The position numbers were made by a program, and so were the translations under genes. From positions 16,058,001 to 16,122,000 of the forward strand of contig NC_043016.1 in assembly GCF_006345805.1 (NCBI RefSeq): a DNA stretch of 64,000 nucleotides. Reading direction: 5' to 3'. Source of the stretch: Octopus sinensis. Taxonomy: Eukaryota. The notes beneath the pieces were generated by a model. That model worked only from the letters and a program-made list of their open reading frames with translations. It had not been told where the DNA came from and searched no databases. Shown one piece after another: positions 56,220 through 64,000 of this stretch (the stretch's first letter is position 1; each line of letters starts with the position of its first letter).

Positions 56220-57734
56220 CACACACACACACACCAGTATAAAAAATACCTTTTTAAAATAGAAATAGTTCCTATCACCAAGATAAAACACCATAAGCAC
56301 CTTCTTAGATTTCAAATTCTAAGAGGTGCCAAAACCAGTGTATAAGGGAGGGATAAGGGGGTGGGGGAGAAATACAGGTTGAGGAATAAGATACAAAGTA
56401 TGATTAAAAAAAATCTCATATATCAAAAGAAAACTGATTTTGATAAAAGAATAACTTAATATTGGAATAATAAAGAATAGGCTAGAAAGGAATTGGCATA
56501 GTTATAGATAAATTGTTGATTCTTAACTCTTCTCATTCGTGAAGAAAGAAATGACATCCCCCACAAATAGTGAAGTGTACTCTAAGAATTCTGGTAAAGA
56601 CAGACAGGTGAAATAACTCCTGACATAAAAATTTATCAAAACATGAAACGAGATGGAGTGGATTTGATTTTTGGCAATAGATGAAACTTCAGATGTTTCA
56701 CACTTATTAAACCTCATCAGCAAACCAAAGTCTAAAATTTACTGCCAGACCTGAGAAATATAAGGTATATTCATTTTTTGACAGCCATTTTACCATGCTA
56801 GCATGGGTTAGATGAATGTATTATTGAAGCATAGTTTTACAGCTGCATGCCCTTCCTGTCACCAACTATTACCTGCTTTCCAAGTAATGGATTTCAGTCT
56901 ACATGTATATGAAGGCACAGAACAGGCACAGGATTTGTTGATGAGAAACAGCAACAGTATCACTGCTTGAAGTTCAGTGATTTTCAGAGAAGTGTAAAAG
57001 TAAAGAAACACATGCACACGCACACACAACAGGTTTCTTTCAGTTTGTATGGTGAGGCTTTGTTTGGGCTGGGACTGTAGCAGAAGACGTATGTCCAAGG
57101 TATGGCACGGTGGAACTGAAACTGAGACTACATGGTTAGGAAGTGAACTTAACCACACAGCCACCTCTCTGCCTATATAAAGATTTTAACGAATAAACAT
57201 TAATTGGTGTTATAACTTTTAAAAAAGAGGGGGAGAGATGGATATCTAACAGTACCTGCTGCATGAAAAACAAGTGGACTTTAATGTAGATAATTAATTA
57301 AAAATCATAACTGTATGCTGAGATAACATTGTTATCTAAACAATTCAATTATAGTAAAAAAGGAAGGGGAAATAACTCTGGTATTTAAATTAAGGCAATT
57401 GAAAACAATGTAGTGGGAACTGAGTTTGACAATGAAGATCCCTGTCTGTCTGTCTGTCTATGCTACTGCAGCAAGCTAGCAAATATACTGCCAACCGTGT
57501 TCTGATAAATTAATCTATTACATGGTCACTTAATGCACAAGAAATAGCAGCCAAATGTTCATATTCTACCTTCTTAAAGAAAGAGAAGAATATACATTAA
57601 ATAAAGCAGTCCCACTGAGTCTGAATAAAAGATGGAACAGTCATGGCTGGACTGCTTGTAATCACGGTGGACTTGGAGCTAAACAGCAGTGACCATACAG
57701 AGCATCAACCACCACCAACAACAACAACATTGAA

Positions 57735-58580
57735 TACGGTGACAAATTTAGTGTGCAGGTAGGAGTTCACCAAAGATTGGTTCTCAGCCCCTTCTTGTTT
57801 ATCACAGTCCTCCAGGCCATAACTGAGTAATTTAAGACTGGTTTCCTTTGAGAGCTCCTTCATGCTGATGACCTTGTTCTTATAGCTGAATCACTACCTG
57901 ATCTAGAGAAGAAATTTCAGGTGTGGAAGCAAGGTCTGGAATCAAAGGGCCTCAGAAGCAAATTAACCAAAGACCAAAGAATTAATAAGGTGGAAAGTAG
58001 AAAAATTACTAATCCTTTCAGAGAGATGGCTCTGCTTGATATGTAGAAAAGCTGTAAGTAGAGATTCCATAAGGTGTGCCCAGTGCAAGCTATGGACACA
58101 TAAAAAGCTCTGAGAGCTGTTACCTTTGTTGGTAAGACAGAGCATTTCCCTCAGAGTGAAAGGCAGATGGAACGATGCCTGTGCATGGACAGCTTAAGTT
58201 ACATGGTAGTGAAAACATAAGCTGTGACTGCAGAGAACATGCAAAGGTTTGAAAGAGATGAAGCCAACATGCTCTGCTGAATGTGCAATGTCAGTGTGCT
58301 TATATGACAAGGTGTAAATGTTTTGAGAGAAAAATTGTGTATATTAGGCATCAGATGTAGTGTGCAAGAGAGAAAGCTGTGTTGGTCATGTGATGCATAT
58401 GGAAGAGGACAGTTTCATAAAGAAGTACTGACTGCTAAATGTGGAGGCAACATGTGAAAGAGGAAGACCCAGGAAGATGTGGATGGAAGTAGTGAGAAAT
58501 GATCTTCAGATATTGAGCCTGACAGAGATGACAAATGACCAAGATAACTGGCAATTTGGTGTGCTTGAGAAGTTCTGTTA
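57735..58580 (+). mobile_element. RTE LINE RT fragment, decayed
   Basis: ctccttcatgctgatgacc (YADD-like); homologous to 42462-42857; GRPRKMW end. Confidence 0.85.
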
Positions 58581-58929
58581 GATAAAATCCATGTCTGTGA
58601 TGCTTCCCTCATCACAACTCACCCATGTTCATTAGATACATATGCGAAAAAAAAAATTGAAAATGCTTAGAGAATGTATGGATTTCCCATTTAATATTCA
58701 AAAGTGTATGTAAGGTAGAACTGTCACAAATTGTGTCCTTTCTGGCTGTTCTAAAAATTGTTTGTTTTCATAGAAAGAATGTGGCTCTAAATGCCATTAG
58801 TTAATATACAAATTGATTGACTTAGGATGGTCACATGATGTGATAAGGGAATTCTTTGTCAGTATTCTGCTATGTTCATCTGTTGAGGTTATGTGAAAGC
58901 CATTTGAAAAGGTAATGTCAATGCTTTTG

Positions 58930-61000
58930 TACAGTGGTTATGTCATGGTATTCATGGTAAAAGACAAATTGTACACTATTGACGTCTTTGTAGCCTGTTC
59001 AATTGTGGTTTGTGTTTTTTTTAATAAATGAACTTTCCTTAATTGTTCATGTTTTGGACAGTGATATTGTCTGCACATTGATAAAGTGAGAAGACAAGAA
59101 ATCTGAGAGATTTGGCCTTTGTACATATGTTCAAATGTTCACTGAGTGGGATTTGTCTAGCCCTGGCACCTTGTATTTGTTGTCAATGAATTGTTAATCG
59201 CATTCTTAAGGTGAGTTTGGTTTGTCCAATGTAATCTTGGCTGCATCTGAAGAACAAGGAAAGTTGTATTTCATAGTAAAAACCTATCCTGACTTAAATC
59301 TAGTGTCCTCAATAAGGTTGGTACAAGTTCTACAAGTAGAGTGGCCACACTTTTCTACTGCTGGAGTTGAGTCTATAGTTGGTAGTTTCATGCTGATAAA
59401 TAGTTTTCTAGAGATTCAGGTTGTCTTTTGCATTTGATTATTTCATGACTCAAGTGCCTTTTTTCATTCTTGGATCCCAGCTCAATAATTGTAGGTTCTC
59501 ATGGATAAGGCTAAATGTTTCTGTGCTTCTTGGTTTATGTGCTTTGAGTGTATCTGCCATGTTTCTGGCTTTTTGTTATTCTTCAATGTCTACTGCTTTA
59601 GCCTTTTCTATTCCATTCTTTGTTAGATTAAATTGATACTTTCTTTCAAGTAGTGCCTGTTTTAATTCAAGGGTTTTTTTTTTTATTCTGAACACCCGGA
59701 TTTGAAGCAGTTGTTCAGTTTCTTTTAGAAAGGTTAAATGGAATATTTGTTTTGATATGTTTTGGGTGGCATGAAGGAAGTAGTAGGTGGTGTTCAGAGT
59801 CTGTTGGTTTGTAGTAGATGTCGGCGGCGAGCTGGCAGAAACGTTAGCACGCCAGGCGAAATGCTTAGCAGTATTTCGTCTGCGTTACGTTGTGAGTTCA
59901 AATTCCGCCGAGGTCGACTTTGCCTTTCATCCTTTCGTGGTCGATAAATTAAGTACCAGTTACGCACTGGGGTCGATGTAATCGACTTAATACCTATGTC
60001 TGTCCTTGTTTGTCCCCTCTGTGTTTAGCCCCTTGTGGGTAATAAAGAAATAGGTTTGTAGTAGATGTCAGTTTCCATGTTCATGTTATATATTATAATC
60101 AAGTTGTCTAGAAAGGGTAACTGGTTTTGGCTGTATCCCTTTATGAAGTGAATATTGTTACCATACTTTGTTTTAGCTTGTTCATACAACTGGACTTCTA
60201 GATGTGCCATGACTAAGTTGGTGTAAGTTGGAGCAGCTTTTTTTACCCACTGCAGTCCTAGATATTAGTAGGTATTTTTCTTGAAAATGAAGTGGTTTTG
60301 AAATATGAATTTTAATCCCTTTCTGATGAAGCTTTTCTTTCTATCTATTTCGTCTAGAATTTCATCAGGGAATTTTCTTAGCCAAAGGCTATTGCCTCTA
60401 GTCTGTATTCACATGGTATGGTAATATAAATTTTTCTACATCAAATGAAGCAATTATGGTATATCTGTGAACGTTTTGGGGAAATGGCTTTATAGGTCTT
60501 TGTCACCCTTTATGAAACAGTATAAATTTTAAGAGAGATTTTAACAGTATTTCAAGGAAGTTGCTAAGTCAATGAGTTTCACAGGCTGGATCTGCCACAA
60601 TTGGTCTTGAGATCCTTCAGAAAGGGTTTATTTATGCAGATGGAATGTGATTCTTTGCAGACATCATTGTTTTATTTTTGTGGATTTTAGGAAGTCAATA
60701 GAAGAAACTGGTTTTGGCTATAAAGTTTGGTCAATTTCTTTATTAGCTAAGCCTTTTCTGTATTGGTTTATGAGTGTTAAGTTTAGACATTGTTTTGTTT
60801 GTTTGTAGTACTTATAATGTTTGTGTACTTTACAATGGGTGTTGTTTTCAAATAGAGTTAAAGTGAAATTTCTGCATTGTATTTATAAGAATTACACTAC
60901 TTGTTTTGTCCACTCTTTTATAACAATGTTATCATCGTTTTTCAGGTCATATAATATTTTCCGTTTTGTTTGACTCGTGATAATAGACTATATAACAGGG
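58930..61000 (-). mobile_element. Penelope-like element (RT plus GIY-YIG), decayed, interrupted by a SINE
   Basis: DLKNDDNIVIK; APTYTNLVMAHLE; LPFLDNLII...ETDIYYKP; GIY-YIG region CSQDYIGQTKLTLRMRLTIH*QQI...IPLSEHLNIC. Confidence 0.88.
59823..60052 (+). mobile_element. tRNA-derived SINE family C, young intact copy
   Basis: A-box-like tggcagaaacgtt, B box gagttcaaattcc; perfect 17-bp TSD ggtttgtagtagatgtc (59806-59822 and 60053-60069). Confidence 0.95.
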
Positions 61001-61149
61001 AGCATTTCCTCCTCTTCAGTCTAACTGACTGGCATTGATCACACATTCCTGGCAGCCATGGCTAGGAGCAACACTCTCTTTGTCCTTCAGTTGGCATATG
61101 AAAAGCAGCTTTCGGTAGCTGTGTGAAAAAAGCGGTGGTTGCATGTGCT

Positions 61150-61400
61150 TAGTGCCTCATTATGTTTATTTAGCAGTGTTAGAGAGTTGTGCTTTAATAT
61201 GTAAAAGCTTGCAGGTTGAGCACTGACCTCGGTAGGGAAGCTCTGAATAGTATGAACCATGATAGAGCATAAAGTATATTTGTATTTTTGAGATGATGTA
61301 TGCAGTTGGCGAGTGTTGTAGATTTACTATGTTTATCATATCTAAAAGAATGGAGGTGAGCAGCATATCGCTGCTTAAAATTTTTTTTTATATATACACA
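61150..61400 (-). mobile_element. Second, different Penelope-like GIY-YIG C-terminal fragment
   Basis: FKQRYAAHLHSFRYDKHSKSTTLANCIHHLKN...LSWFILFRA, then CSTCKLLHIKA in another frame. Confidence 0.8.
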
Positions 61401-61536
61401 TATTGATATATGACCTATATTGGACTCCTCATTCACATAATCACCGAACCTGGAGCTTAACTATAGTCTGTCCATAGCTCTTACTCAGCATTACCTGACA
61501 TCTTTGGGTCTTATTGACACCATTACCTCTCATAAC

Positions 61537-61596
<60 letters not shown>

Positions 61597-61618
61597 GGAG
61601 AGAGAGAGAGAGAGAGAG

Positions 61619-62135
61619 AGAGCGGTTGTATACTGTCAACATGATAGTCCTGTAAAGGGAATCCCACCACCGCTATTTAGCCCTAGGAACCATGGATGCT
61701 TCTTGTCGGCTTTGACACATTTCCTGTGTCCTTATATATTTACGAAGGAGAGACAAACACCCCCAACAGCTATATTTAGAAATTTAATATTTCTACTTTT
61801 GGTGATCAGTGAATAAACTTCACTGAAAATATGTTTACGAAGGCTTTACAAGCCTCTTCAGCTCGCAGGCCATTCTACGCCAGACTGATGATGAGCAAGA
61901 CTCAGAAACTAGTCTCTGGATGCAGGCCTGGCTGTTGGGGGTGCTTGTCTCCCCTTTGTAAACATAAGGACACAGGAAATGTGTCAAAGCCATCAGGAAG
62001 CGTCGATGCTTCCTTGGGCTAAATTGCAGTGGTGTGATTCCCTTTACGGGACTATCATGTTGACAGTATACAACCGCTCTATCATTCCACCACCGCTCAT
62101 ATCTCTCTGAGATATTTAGAAATTTAATATCTCTA
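61619..62135 (+). mobile_element. Retrozyme/pLTR-like non-coding element: 340-bp unit with hammerhead plus about 150-bp inverted arm
   Basis: 61619-61770 is an inverted match to 61931-62080; direct repeat atatttagaaatttaatat at 61772 and 62112. Confidence 0.75.
61880..61919 (+). ncRNA. Minimal type-I hammerhead ribozyme motif with palindromic stem III
   Basis: CCAGA-CTGATGA-TGAG-caaga-CTCA-GAAAC-TA-GTC^TCTGG; perfect 5-bp stem I; ACTAGT is self-complementary. Confidence 0.85.
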
Positions 62136-62139
62136 TTTT

Positions 62140-62155
62140 TATATATATACCTATG

Positions 62156-62186
<31 letters not shown>

Positions 62187-62821
62187 TATATATATATAAT
62201 ATATATATATACACCCATGTATGAATGTATATATATATATGCATATATATACATATGTGTGTATATATATATATACACACACATGTATGTATATACACAC
62301 ACACACACACATATATACACACATGTATGTATATACACATATATATATGTATACATATACCTATATATATGTATACATATGTATGTATATACATATGTAT
62401 ATATATATATACATTGTATATACATATATATATTATACATATGTATGTATATACATATATATATACATATGTATGTATATACATATATATATACATATGC
62501 ATGTATATACATATATATATATATATATATATGCATATATATACATATATATTATATATATACATATGCATGTATATACATATATATATATTATATATAT
62601 ATACATATGCATGTATATAATATATATATATATATATATATACATATGCATGTATATACATATATATATATAATATATCTATGCATGTATATACATATAT
62701 ATATATATATACATATGCATGTATATACATATATATATATATATATAACATATGCATGTATATACATATATATATATATATACATATGCATGTATATAAT
62801 ATATATATATACATATGCATG

Positions 62822-62860
<39 letters not shown>

Positions 62861-62996
62861 GTATGTATATACATATATATACTATATATATATATATATA
62901 TATGTATACATATGTATGTATATATATATATATATATATACATATATATTATATACATATGTATGTATATACATATATATATATATGTATATATAC

Positions 62997-63032
<36 letters not shown>

Positions 63033-63075
63033 TATGTATGTATATATATATATACATATGTATGTATATACATAT
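62140..63075. repeat. About 940-bp complex (TA)n/TACATATG(C/T)ATG microsatellite
   Basis: Seen directly; source of the long YI/IY ORFs. Confidence 0.97.
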
Positions 63076-63077
63076 AT

Positions 63078-63780
63078 ATCATCATCATCATCATCATTTA
63101 ACGTCCGCTTTCCACGCTAGCATGGGTTGGACGGTTCAACTGGGGTCTGGGAAGCCAGAAGGCTGCACCAGGCCCAGTCTGATCTGGCAGTGTTTCTGCA
63201 GCTGGATGCCCTTCCTAGCACCAACCACTCCGTGAGTGTAGTGGGTGCTTCTTATGTGCCACCGGCACAGGTGCCATACGAGGTTGGCAACGGCCACGAT
63301 TGGATGGTGCTTTTTACGTGCCACCAGCACAGAGGCCAGTTGGGGTGGTGCTGGCAACGGCCATGTTCGGATGGTTCTCTTACCTGTCACCAGCACTGGT
63401 ATCACAACTACAATTTCCATTGATGTTGATCGATTTCGATTCTCACTTGCCTCGACAGGTCTTCACAAGTAGAGTTTTGTGTCCCAAGAAGGAAAGGTAT
63501 GCATAAGTGGACTGGCTACATCCCAGGTAGAGGCCACGGGCTGTGGTCTCACTTGTCCTGCCGGGTCTTCTCATGCACAGCATACTTCCAAAGATTTCGG
63601 TCACTAGTCATTTCCTCGGTGAGACCTAATGTTCGAAGGTCGTACTTTACCACATCGTCCCAGGTTTTCCTGGGTCTACCTTTTCCACAGGTTCCCTCAA
63701 CTGCTAGGGTGTGGCACTTTTTCACATAACTATCTTCATCCATTCTCGCCACATGACCATACCAGCGCAAACGTCGCTCT
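63078..63780 (-). mobile_element. RTE LINE 3' end, young
   Basis: ORF 63549-63839 RRLRWYGHVARM...GKGRPRKTWDDVVKYDLRTLGLTEEMTSDRNLWK. Confidence 0.92.
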
Positions 63781-63814
63781 CTCTCTCTCTTTCTATATAT
63801 ATATATAAATATAT

Positions 63815-64000
63815 GCCGGTGGCACATAAAAAGCACCATCCGAACGTGGCCGATGCCAGCACTGCCTTGGCTGGCTTCCGCGCCGGTGGCACGTTAAAAG
63901 CACCAACCGATCGTGGCCGATGCCAGACCGCCCCCTGGCACCTGTGCAGGTGGCACGTAAAAAGCACCCACTACACTCGCAGAGTGGTTGGCGTTAGGAA
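63815..64000 (+). mobile_element. RTE 3' UTR repeat array, running off the window
   Basis: ggtggcacgtaaaaagcacc units; matches 43790-43950. Confidence 0.88.

Noticed and set aside
61833-61861. Opposite-polarity hammerhead (CTGAAGA-GGC...GCC-TTCGTAAAC), which would imply a viroid-like ambisense RNA
   Set aside because: GAAA does not follow stem II, so the core is not canonical
62116-63101. ORFs of 294-313 aa (YIYI...), and similar ORFs at 6443, 24053, 25937, 38760 and 46197
   Set aside because: Translations of stop-free microsatellites

Overview
AT-rich, microsatellite-dense animal genomic DNA. Its repeat families (tRNA/CORE-type SINEs, RTE LINE tails ending in (GAT)n) match what I recall from octopus genomes; the species assignment is inference. 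I can support no intact protein-coding gene, and nearly all long ORFs in the track are translated microsatellites or decayed transposons. Recognisable elements: Merlin (ISXO2-like) transposase remnants and Merlin-type MITEs, mariner, piggyBac-type and hAT-type MITEs, a Tx1/L1 RT fragment, many RTE fragments, two R4/Dong-type LINE ends, an internally deleted Mag-type Gypsy element, a Gypsy protease fragment between inverted LTR-like arms, and two Penelope-like elements (RT plus GIY-YIG). Main observation: two complete minimal type-I hammerhead ribozyme motifs (4007-4051 and 61880-61919). Each lies in a small non-coding element with an inverted arm, associated with (TA)n. Several decayed hammerhead-like motifs occur in other small elements, including one with a tRNA-derived head. 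Together these suggest a retrozyme/Penelope-dependent set of ribozyme-bearing mobile RNAs. Activity and novelty are untested. Coordinates of decayed elements are approximate.
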